Shown in pieces: positions 39,101 through 45,039 of a DNA stretch of 64,000 bases. A program made the position numbers and the translations under genes. This DNA is from Owenia fusiformis. Lineage: Eukaryota. The notes beneath the pieces were generated by a model. It was not told the origin of the DNA. It did no database searches and saw nothing but the letters and a program-made list of their open reading frames with translations. The stretch lies in assembly GCA_903813345.2 (NCBI GenBank), contig CAIIXF020000001.1, positions 36,580,001 to 36,644,000 of the forward strand, read 5' to 3'. Position 1 is the first letter of the stretch. Each line of letters begins with the position of its first letter.

Positions 39101-40488
39101 AGCCATTCAGAGGGGGCTATCCCCACCCACAGGGAGGTCAGCAGAGACCGCAGGGTCAGCCTTACCCCCAAGGAGGCCAGGGTGGTCCCCAGAGACCTCG
39201 GGGTCAGCCTCACCCTCAGGGGGGCCAGCAAAGACCCCAGGGTGGTCCACAGAGACCTCAGGCTCAGCCTTACCCCCAGGGAGGCCATCAACAATTTCAA
39301 CAGAGAAATGGCCATCCAGCCCAGCCACCGTTTCAGGTAAACACATATATAAATAGATGGAGTCTAAAATGTTATTTGTCATATTTACCATTTATGCTTT
39401 CCATTATTGTTATGGCATGTATGGTCTTTTTTGTCTGCATTTGACTGTCAGCATTTGGAGTTCTGCATCTGTGTAACAAAAAGCAGGTTGTGACATCTTG
39501 CATGTAAATGCTGTGTTAGCTCATATCATCTGTTTGTTCAATTCATTGTGCATCCACCAATGTCCATTCCCATTCTTGTCTCAAAATGGCTGCCCATATG
39601 GGCATTACACTTTAGAAGTTTTGATTTTTCACTGCAACTCATACTTTTTAAAATAGCAGATATATTTACAAGGGATGACTGTACACTGTACTTATAATAG
39701 TTTATTATATTCGATTTGTGTTGAACTTTCAGCAACATGGAGGACCTAGGCAACAGCAAGGGTCAAATAAACACACCCCTACAAAAGGACAGATCCAGCA
39801 ACAGAGGGAAAACACTCCACAGAAAGAATCAACTCCTACTAAACCTAATGCTTTTGTCCCCATGCAGGTAGGTGTTATTTGATTTGCATCTGTAAAAATT
39901 TCATGTTGAACAGGTAAGTGCTCTTTCCTGGAATTTTGATGAGTTTTTTATGGAACCCTTCCACACAAAGTGACACAACTCAGATAATAGTTAAGTTACC
40001 GTGTTCTAGCTTTGACGGACAATTTGTGATAATATTGATATGCTCTCGGAAGAGTACATTGTCCTCATTGAAAGTAAATTATATAATCATTAAACACATC
40101 ATTTTAAATGCCACTTACCTAATAAACATTTATAAAGTTAAAACATTATCTTTCTGTGGCAGCAAGTATTACACTAAAAAGTTTGATATCTGGATTGCAG
40201 GTGACAAAAAAACAAGTCACGCCTCAGAGGAGCTTAAAGAAAGAAACGGATCCTGAAGAAAATGAAAACAAACAGATTTCACAGACTGAAGAAAGTGAAC
40301 AGCAATCAAAGTCTTTGGATTCTAGTAAACCTTATGCACCCTCAGAACAGTGTAAACAAAATACTAGTAAAACTGTACCCCAGGCTAAATCAAAAAAATC
40401 ACCCCCTAGAAATTCAGATGGTGCTAAACCCAAGCCTAGAAAGGGACGAAGCAGACTCGCCATCAACTTTGGAGCACCAAGCCAGTAG
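1..40488 (+). CDS. XRN1: 5'-3' exoribonuclease 1, 5'-truncated spliced gene; exons 1-105, 320-410, 1159-1309, 1596-1685, 2104-2263, 3484-3603, 3812-3981, 4234-4360, 4729-4818, 5402-5505, 6199-6396, 6646-6736, 7041-7250, 7583-7842, 8251-8334, 8810-8945, 9302-9364, 9611-9743, 29272-29341, 30076-30352, 30586-30867, 33832-34131, 34507-34642, 34779-34854, 36201-36285, 37808-37921, 38502-38631, 38954-39336, 39733-39867, 40201-40488
   Basis: Manual GT-AG splicing gives one open frame (4659 nt including stop) with XRN1 motifs: YVRGIQWILHYYYNGVPSWSWYFEHHYAPYMSD, PFLPFEQLMAVLPAAS, SPIIDFYPVEFESDLNGKQQDWEAVVLIPFIDE, YFPGFPTLKHI, KVFQQQSRGENMIL, VNWPHLYEA, NVGLNLKFNKKGEEVPGYT, FDRVVNIRDGFSVPMGLRGTV, AFVPMQV, C-terminal RSRLAINF. 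Confidence 0.96.
320..410 (+). CDS. XRN1: XRN1 exon, variable linker SVQTANQFSALDG
   Basis: T-tract + AG, donor GTAAGT; needed to bridge phase 0 to phase 1. Confidence 0.7.
484..774. mobile_element. MITE, hAT-like, 5-bp TSD
   Basis: TIR CAGTGGCGTAGCGT / ACGCTACGCCACTG; TSD CAAAG on both sides. Confidence 0.85.
1159..1309 (+). CDS. XRN1: XRN1 exon, acidic stretch and FTKFKRHYYMDKL
   Basis: AG/GT boundaries, phase consistent, KRxYYM motif. Confidence 0.88.
1596..1685 (+). CDS. XRN1: XRN1 exon, YVRGIQWILHYYYNGVPSWSW
   Basis: XRN conserved region 2 motif; AG/GT. Confidence 0.95.
2104..2263 (+). CDS. XRN1: XRN1 exon, YFEHHYAPYMSD...PFEQLMAVLPAASKNLLPKPHQ
   Basis: Conserved XRN motif; first donor CAG|GTATTG. 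Confidence 0.95.
2224..2991 (+). repeat. 96-bp tandem repeat x8 spanning an exon end and splice donor
   Basis: Units start at 2224, 2320, 2416, 2512, 2608, 2704, 2800, 2896; nearly identical. Confidence 0.97.
3484..3603 (+). CDS. XRN1: XRN1 exon, SPIIDFYP...DLNGKQQDWEAVVLIPFIDE
   Basis: Conserved XRN motif; AG/GTAAGT. Confidence 0.95.
3812..3981 (+). CDS. XRN1: XRN1 exon, KRLLEAM...EEKARNQHG...FPDI
   Basis: Conserved motif; AG/GTAGGT. Confidence 0.92.
3974..4162 (+). repeat. 25-bp tandem repeat (5 good plus about 3 decayed copies) spanning a splice donor
   Basis: CATGCAAAGTAGGTTGATTTTGCAT at 3974, 3999, 4024, 4049, 4074. Confidence 0.9.
4234..4360 (+). CDS. XRN1: XRN1 exon, YFPGFPTLKHIRHT
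   Basis: Conserved motif; AG/GTAAGT. Confidence 0.93.
4729..4818 (+). CDS. XRN1: XRN1 exon, LKKAGVKVFQQQSRGENMIL
   Basis: Conserved motif; AG/GTAAGT. Confidence 0.93.
5402..5505 (+). CDS. XRN1: XRN1 exon, LGTSVFVNWPHLYEAKVV
   Basis: Conserved motif; AG/GTAAGT. Confidence 0.93.
5626..6066. mobile_element. PIF/Harbinger-like MITE
   Basis: TIR GGCCATAAGAAGTAGATT / AATCTACTTCTTATGGCC; TTA on both flanks. Confidence 0.75.
6199..6396 (+). CDS. XRN1: XRN1 exon, YSLVEF...RRGVDI...PMQGRK
   Basis: Open, phase 2/2, AG/GTAAGT. Confidence 0.88.
6646..6736 (+). CDS. XRN1: XRN1 exon, YICGQHGSNITLEKQWA
   Basis: LEKQW motif; AG/GTGAGT. Confidence 0.9.
7041..7250 (+). CDS. XRN1: XRN1 exon, DIAVHD...LFP...VFMLGSPHYG
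   Basis: Conserved motif; AG/GTAAGT. Confidence 0.92.
7583..7842 (+). CDS. XRN1: XRN1 exon, LLSRITG...NVGLNLKFNKKGEEVPGYTKK
   Basis: Conserved motif; AG/GTATGC. Confidence 0.93.
8251..8334 (+). CDS. XRN1: XRN1 exon, FPELFEHF...YYEEDVF
   Basis: Conserved motif; AG/GTAATA. Confidence 0.9.
8810..8945 (+). CDS. XRN1: XRN1 exon, KARINDLSNFLKQLP...IKAIEE
   Basis: Open, phase consistent; AG/GTAAGA. Confidence 0.88.
9302..9364 (+). CDS. XRN1: XRN1 exon, KRRVKMQVRPHLLFR
   Basis: VxPHLLF motif; AG/GTAAGT. Confidence 0.9.
9346..9445 (+). repeat. 41-bp tandem duplication (about 2.4 copies) spanning a splice donor
   Basis: ACCACATCTCTTAT..AGGGTAAG.ACAAGTTTTGTAATTA at 9346 and 9387, partial at 9427. 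Confidence 0.88.
9611..9743 (+). CDS. XRN1: XRN1 exon, SH3-like region FDRVVNIRDGFSVPMGLRGTVV
   Basis: Conserved motif; AG/GTAAGT. Confidence 0.93.
9941..10621 (+). mobile_element. Dispersed repeat with internal tandem units (Helentron-associated-like); related copy at about 43240-43532
   Basis: Repeated TTGACCTT/TTCAAATTGACC units; shared end ATAATATTGTGAGCA...GTCATGTTAATGCCTTGT. Confidence 0.6.
11913..12104. mobile_element. MITE, hAT-like, 5-bp TSD
   Basis: TIR CAGGCCCTTAGCCAGG / CCTGGCTACGGGCCTG; TSD CCATA. Confidence 0.85.
12342..13376 (-). CDS. Class A (rhodopsin-like) GPCR, 344 aa, uninterrupted ORF, nested antisense in an XRN1 intron
   Basis: 7 hydrophobic segments; AN in TM1, LSCADL in TM2, ERF after TM3, W in TM4, CWTP in TM6, NSIVY in TM7; N-terminal N-glycosylation sequons. 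Confidence 0.92.
   Translation of the reverse strand: MTDKNIMENTFINGTNETFSKSHLSNRGLETTYAVLGMTIAVLAMLANTMTILAITKYEFLQTNSNKFILSLSCADLVVGVIMPFGAFRFYYPEVVNLDGGAYEKYSCLVVMFLLLLGISASSFSYASIALERFIAITRPFQYTRLYTEKHVKMIIAFTWIYSASIGVAINIFNTWTPGVVCQLGPQTYHIIAYYIIIVAQGILTVVITASIYCSIFWIAYRQQKAVKAEIKSHCFSDMKQPSGSDMKILKMMATVFGVLLLCWTPYFMVSAILRFKRNILWLYPVRNFCSMAYISNSFLNSIVYGWKSKDFSRAYRMILCRHKSSNAVLPFSPDSVAHTSRQN
15549..18540. mobile_element. Academ-like non-autonomous element with long, internally repetitive TIRs
   Basis: Termini TAGGCGATCAGC / GCTGATGGCCTA; 3-bp TSD AAT; arms of about 1 kb with repeated ATCCAAGATGGCCGCC units in mirror orientation. Confidence 0.8.
16558..17070 (+). pseudogene. Decayed non-LTR retrotransposon RT fragment (HERO/R2-group-like)
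   Basis: Translates LFIAAMNWIVKAEESK*RG...HPSCQAFMDIITVMT*...MANW...*VVYKG, later YLGKYFD; has stops and frameshifts. Confidence 0.65.
19633..19735. mobile_element. Small inverted-repeat element
   Basis: 22-bp perfect IR TATGACCTGAATCGATTGCAAA / TTTGCAATCGATTCAGGTCATA. Confidence 0.65.
20293..21300 (-). CDS. Class A GPCR, 335 aa, paralog of 12342..13376, nested antisense in an XRN1 intron
   Basis: Same 7TM motifs (LSCADL, ERY, CWTP, NSIVY); collinear with the other copy. Confidence 0.92.
   Translation of the reverse strand: MENTFANGTSQTFSNSQLSNKGLETAYAVLGMTIAVLAMLANTMTILAITKYEFLQTNSNKFILSLSCADLEVGIMMLFGTFRFYYPEVVNLDGGDYEKYSCLVMIYLTLLGMSASSFTYTSIALERYIAITRPFQYTCLYTEKRIKIIIAFTWIYSAIIGLVLNCLNTWTPGVVCLLGPETYQIMAYYIIIVAQGIITIVMTGSLYCSIFCIAYRQQKAVKAEIKSHCFSDMKQPSGSDMKILKMMATVFGVLLLCWTPYFMVSAILRFKRNILWLYPVRNFCSMAYISNSFLNSIVYGWKSKDFSRAYKMILCRHKSSNAVLPLSPERRVACS
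25889..26759 (+). mobile_element. Helentron-associated non-autonomous element (HINE/DINE-like), copy A
   Basis: Subterminal IR ATCCCATCGAAC / GTTCGATGGGAT, (GTCC)n, 2 core repeats, T-rich flanks; near-identical ends to 31353-32661. Confidence 0.8.
28472..28580 (+). repeat. Short tandem repeat built from AAATCGTATT subunits (about 50-bp period)
   Basis: TACATGAAAAAATCGTATTGTCCCCGGGAAAAA occurs twice. Confidence 0.8.
28674..28863. repeat. About 190-bp palindromic (hairpin) element
   Basis: ATAGGTTATTT..GGGATTGAATATGGGTTTTATTCC... mirrored by ...GGAATAAAACCCATATTCAATCCC..AAATAACCTAT around CTCGGTCGCTGCGCTCCCTCGG. Confidence 0.85.
29272..29341 (+). CDS. XRN1: XRN1 exon, YEVVFDAPFMGGLTIR
   Basis: Continues the SH3-like region after a 19.5-kb intron; phase 1/2. 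Confidence 0.92.
29486..29910 (+). repeat. 42-bp minisatellite, about 10 copies
   Basis: TATAAGATGTTCATAAAYGAGCATTATTCTTTTGACTTTTTG units. Confidence 0.95.
30076..30352 (+). CDS. XRN1: XRN1 exon, CSASKAYRMPGTSLINLSHG into the disordered tail
   Basis: LINLSHG motif; AG/GTAAGA. Confidence 0.9.
30586..30867 (+). CDS. XRN1: XRN1 exon, Q-rich low-complexity
   Basis: Open, phase 0/0, AG/GTATCT. Confidence 0.78.
30878..33386 (+). mobile_element. HINE/DINE-like element (outer) with about 325-bp core repeats, interrupted by a second HINE
   Basis: Starts TTTTTAGCTCACATGGTGAGC, (GTCY)n; ends CACCATGTGAGC + AGTACC..GGTACT hairpin + T-run. Confidence 0.8.
31353..32661 (+). mobile_element. HINE/DINE-like element, copy B (nested), 6 core repeats of 135/147 bp
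   Basis: Same ends as 25889-26759; splits one core unit of the outer element at a T-rich site. Confidence 0.85.
33832..34131 (+). CDS. XRN1: XRN1 exon, NEFANIWQQLQ...VDVDTLF
   Basis: Open, phase 0/0, AG/GTATGC. Confidence 0.85.
34507..34642 (+). CDS. XRN1: XRN1 exon, SAALCEMLKIGG...VSVQELF
   Basis: Short leucine-rich helical motifs; AG/GTAAAT. Confidence 0.83.
34779..34854 (+). CDS. XRN1: XRN1 exon, linker
   Basis: Phase 1/2, AG/GTAAGT. Confidence 0.78.
34920..35833 (+). mobile_element. HINE-like element with a 162-bp core repeat x5
   Basis: (GGGC)n lead; units at 34982, 35144, 35306, 35468, 35630; end GCCTTGTT; decayed relative at about 4905-5130. Confidence 0.75.
36201..36285 (+). CDS. 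XRN1: XRN1 exon, first half of a dsRBD-like domain (SAVLQLLSWCQQMKMAPPKYDY)
   Basis: Phase 2/0, AG/GTAAGA; helix-1 + PxY pattern. Confidence 0.83.
37808..37921 (+). CDS. XRN1: XRN1 exon, second half of a dsRBD-like domain (LADGRKFQGSATKSKEQAAASAASMAMLQL)
   Basis: Phase 0/0, AG/GTAAGT; G..SKxxA..AA..AL pattern. Confidence 0.85.
38502..38631 (+). CDS. XRN1: XRN1 exon, P/Q-rich, SAFTPV
   Basis: Phase 0/1, AG/GTAAAT. Confidence 0.78.
38954..39336 (+). CDS. XRN1: XRN1 exon, G/P/Q-rich repeats
   Basis: Phase 1/0, AG/GTAAAC; GC-rich coding island. Confidence 0.82.
39733..39867 (+). CDS. XRN1: XRN1 exon ending AFVPMQ
   Basis: FVP(L/M)QV motif spans the junction; AG/GTAGGT. Confidence 0.85.
40201..40488 (+). 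CDS. XRN1: XRN1 terminal exon ending RKGRSRLAINFGAPSQ*
   Basis: C-terminal SRLAxNF motif; stop TAG. Confidence 0.9.
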   Translation: MTKKQVTPQRSLKKETDPEENENKQISQTEESEQQSKSLDSSKPYAPSEQCKQNTSKTVPQAKSKKSPPRNSDGAKPKPRKGRSRLAINFGAPSQ

Positions 40489-41013
40489 GACCAAGTGGTG
40501 TTCTATCCCAGCCCATATAGAGAGAGCTCTATCGGATTTTAACATTATTTTTAGAGCCCTCACAGCTAAGCTGACCCATATATCTACAATTGAGTCAGGA
40601 AGTCGATTAAGTTAATACAGGAGCTTTGAGGCCTCTTATGAAATCGTGATGAACTTACCCAAATCGAAGGAATGTTTGTTTGTTTTTTTTCCTTAGGAGC
40701 ACCAAACCAGAAAGTAAAATATCCTTTTCAAATTGATTATGAGGTAACTAGTAAATTCAATATTTAAAATATTTCAAGTGGTTTTGCTTAATTCAATTAG
40801 AAAAATGAATATTTTGTAGCTTAAGAAATATCAGAAGAATTCAGTACAATTGTAGAAATTGCAATCTGAAAATTTGAATAATCAAATAAATCGTTAGTCT
40901 TATATCTCAATGCTAGATGAAATAAATCAATTGTTAAAGTATATCATCCTGCCGCTTCTATATTATCATTCAAATATGTAATAAATAAAATCGATATTAT
41001 CATATGATTCAAT

Positions 41014-41382
41014 TATAACATACCTATGATGATGTATAGTGCAAAGTGTACACAAGACAGCGGGCCAATATAAGTTTTGAAAAGCCCGCGCCTGCTAACT
41101 TTCTGATTGGTCAAGGCGCTGACGTCATAACCAATCAATCGAAGATAAAACTGCGCGAGCAATTTTTCTAAACTTATTTCAATCATTTTCAAACCATTTG
41201 TTTGTCAATTCTATAAGAAAACGGTACTCTCTGACCAGTCTACATCATCATAGGTATGTTATAAATCGTTTATGTCACTATCGTGGTACATATGCCCTCG
41301 GTTCTCAGAGATCAATGTCCTTCCCAAGGTCGGGCCATATATCACTGAGACCTCGGGCATATATGCCACGATAGTGACATAA
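41014..41382. repeat. Double inverted-repeat element downstream of the XRN1 stop
   Basis: TATAACATACCTATGATGATGTA / TACATCATCATAGGTATGTTATA (41014-41263), then hairpin 41270-41382. Confidence 0.85.
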
Positions 41383-42619
41383 CCTCTAATTACTGGATCT
41401 TAAAATATCTTAACAACAAATCATTTGTTGTCTCATAAGTGGAATCAAAGGTACAATAGAAGCTCATTTATTTTAAGAGATGGTGCAATACTTGCAATTT
41501 CTGTTAATTTAAATTATTATGAGGTTGAATTTCAATACAAAGCTGAATTATTGCGGATATAGATTAAGATTTTGATTCAAAGTTTATGTAGGATTTATGT
41601 AAGCTTATTGTAAGTTAGGAGTAGAATTTTGTCATTGATTGAGAGTAAATTTTGAAAAATGAGCCACATTAATAATATTTTTGCTCTTGTTAAACCTATT
41701 TTCTGGAAGCCCAACTGGTTGGACTTTATTTCAAGATAATCCTTTGATTTTTATGGTTAACTGGAAATAATAATGAATTCTAACGAATTTCTTAAATCTT
41801 CATTAAACTCTATATTCCTTCAGATTTCTCAATTCTTTTTCCAGAAATTGAACTGGAACAATGGCATGATTTTTGAAGATTGATTCCAACATTTTACACT
41901 CTATCCCATCTAATTTCTTCAAATTAGAGCCAGGTTTATGCTACTGCTAGGTTACTTCTACTAGACCAATTTTTATTTTGAATTATTATTATTTGGTTTC
42001 AAGTGTTCTGAGAAACCGGTATAAGTTTTTGTCATACTCCGATACCAGTATTAATTTTTATTAATATAATGAATTTAGGCATAGATAGGGCCTTGTGGAA
42101 ATGATTTTATATTTAATATGGTGTTTGTGCATGTATTTTCACAAACACATCGAGAAAACCAAAGGAAGTTTAATTCGGTATTATATTTAGTAAGATATCA
42201 TATCACCAGAAATGAAAAATTGATTTTTGCATTGTCAAACTACTAAAACTACTATTCTCGTATAATGTTTCTATTTTATCATGATTATTTGTACATGAAT
42301 GTCTCAAATGTTATTGTTAAATATTTTAGTATACAGAACCATATCATGTTATGATATTGCTGCCCTGATCATGTTTTAACCTTGACTTCTTGCTGTCAAA
42401 TGCTCCAAACATTGTTAAGTTCCAAATCTGCAAATCAGATGTTCTTTCTCAGATTTATTGAATAATTTTTGATTTTATTGAATTACTGACACTTGATTTA
42501 CCGACCGAAACGTCACAAATTTTGGAGAAATTGGCCCCGGTTAGTCAACAAATGTGCACTTTAATGGTAACCCCATGAAATACTAATACTTTGTATTTTG
42601 AATTGATAACTTATTTTGA

Positions 42620-42660
42620 AAATAAATAGTAAACAATTAAGATTTGAATGTTGTGTTTCA
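42620..42660 (+). promoter_or_regulatory. Candidate XRN1 polyadenylation signal with downstream GU-rich element
   Basis: AATAAA near 42621 followed by TGTTGTGTTT; other AATAAA near 40865-40990 are alternatives. Confidence 0.35.
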
Positions 42661-43769
42661 CTTTTCATGCTTTCTTATAATAAAAGAGTAACACTGAACA
42701 ATCCCAGGATGCATTTTTATAAGCACTGGAGAGTCTTGCTTATGAAACTCCATATTAAATTAAATTGATTAAATCAGGCGAGATGTTTGCTTATGAAACC
42801 CAATATTGAATTAGATTGAATAAATCAGGTGAGATGTACCTTGTTCAATGTTCTTTCATTCTACAAAGATTCATAGGTCCCAATGGTCAAGATTTTATGG
42901 CCATTTACAAAACATGCCCCAAATTTTGAAACAGGGCACACTCACTGGACATGAAACATCTCAAAAATCAAAAATCTCATTTGGCCATCAAAATGTGGGA
43001 ATTTTGTATTAATTCTGAAATCTATCCAAGTCTAAGTCTTCAAAAAGTCTCAAATTCATTTGTATGTGAAAATTAAAATGGCACAAAACGAGACAGATGT
43101 TGGAACTTGGACCTATGGTGTAAAAAATTAACAGTATATATGGACCCTATAAAATGGGTATGAGATTATATCATATGAAAGACAGTTTTCATCTGAAAAC
43201 TTAATGCTGCCTAAATGTAACCTATTGGACTTCAAATTAAAATGAAAAGTACTTCATTGACCTTCTCCAGGTCAAAAAGGTCGTTTTTCAACTTGCTTTA
43301 AATTGACCAATATTTTTTTTAAATCATCTACATGTTTTCAAAAGTTCAAATCCGAGATTTCACCTTCATTGACCTTCTTAGGGTCATAAATTTTTTTTCA
43401 ACTTGCTTCAAATTGAACAATTTCTTTTTTTCAAAATCATCTACAACTTCTCAGAAATTAAAATCTGACTAAGATTGAACTCATAATATTGTGAGCACTA
43501 GGTAGTAACATTTTGTCATGTTAATGCCTTGTTTACTTCTTGGAGGTGTCACCATTTTCTAGTATTTGGACTAAATGACTAACTACATAGATGGCATAAT
43601 AAATCCCACTTATGATATCTATTTTAAAATTGTAGCAAAACAATGAAGTGGTTCGTGCTATTCAAGTCAACATAAAATCAATTATTTCTTACAACAGTTC
43701 ACCTGTAGTCATTTATTATTTTTTATAACTTCACAAGGTCACTGCATATTTTCACTCTACCCTACAACA

Positions 43770-43963
43770 TGGCCACGTTTAAAAGGGATACAGGCTACAG
43801 TGAAGTTGCAAATGGAGCAGGTATTCTCTATCTATGTCTATGGGGCTTTTCTGGTATTAACAATACACAATATACAGTAATATGTAAGATCTAATCTACC
43901 TTAAAAATATGGAAATAAACAAACATTCTACATTTGCAACTTCACCCCTTTTAAACGTGGCCA
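43770..43963. mobile_element. MITE-like inverted-repeat element
   Basis: TGGCCACGTTTAAAAGGG..GTGAAGTTGCAAATG / CATTTGCAACTTCACCCCTTTTAAACGTGGCCA. Confidence 0.7.
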
Positions 43964-44567
43964 CGTAGTAATTAAAAATTAAGTTAAATTTCAAAAAATA
44001 ACAGATCACCATTGGTAAGCTTGCAATAAGTACATATTAGTTTATTTCAAACAAATAATATATTAATACACATAAAGTGTATTTATAAAGAGAGAATAGT
44101 GAATTCTCCATATACCGATTTAAGTGCTTTATGTATATACCATAAGTGTATACATTACATGTATATCAACTATATTGCATAACAAGATGGCTATTTGAAA
44201 ATTTATGAAAAAATCATACAATTTGATTCTGTAAGTGTATATTTTTTGTTCATACTAAACATATTATTACATGAACCTTAAATAAATATGAGATCAAACA
44301 ATTTCAACCAGTTAAATATTATGACACTTCAAACACACTTATCACACATGAATGCATATTATTACCACCTTGCCGGGCCAGTTCTAGGGGTTTTAGTGCT
44401 AGTTTAGAAGGCTTTCATTTTACTATATCGACCTGAGAAATGTGTGACGTCATAGTGGTGGTCCATATGGACCAGTCTAGAATATATTCTGGACTGGCAA
44501 TTTTTCCCCGGGAAATTAGATATCGTTCAGTGCGTAAGATTTTCTTGCTATTTCAGCCCTGAATACT

Positions 44568-44666
44568 AATAACGTCATAATGCGAACAATATATGAAATA
44601 TTGGACCTTGGGCCTTCGGCCCTCGGTCCAATATTTCACTATATTGCCCTTAGAAATGACGTTATT
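44568..44666. repeat. Hairpin element
   Basis: AATAACGTCAT..CAATATA.TGAAATATTGGACC..GGGCCTTCGGCCC..GGTCCAATATTTCA.TATATTG..ATGACGTTATT. Confidence 0.8.
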
Positions 44667-44938
44667 GTACTATTGTCATTCTATTCAATTCTACATTATG
44701 AAAATATACCTTCATATCACAATGAACCTTCATATCATAATGTACCTTCATATCATATAGGGTTGAACTAAACTATCAACTGCAATATCCTGGAAAATTC
44801 CCAACACATCTTTAATTCACTAGTATAGTGAATTCCAGATTCCAGTAAATAATATATATGATAAGCTGTTTTCAAAAATTGGGAAAATTATAAAAAGCAA
44901 CCCAAAACTTCCTAGGTTTACAGTACATTAAAACTATT

Positions 44939-45039
44939 CTATTTATGGCCTACATGGCCAACCAGTCCTGTCATAGCATCTCCTATTCTCCCTGCTGCAT
45001 CAGTAATACCGCGATCAAGACCCCCTGGGGTTGAGAGGA
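44939..45039 (-). CDS. Dystrophin-like terminal exon ([22 protein letters not shown])
   Basis: TTTTCAG acceptor in phase 1; AA..IGDAM..LV resembles family C-terminal helix; stop TAG. Confidence 0.78.

Noticed and set aside
38922..39391. Several overlapping ORFs in other frames and on the minus strand
   Set aside because: Shadow frames of the GC-rich repetitive XRN1 exon; only one frame fits the splice phases.
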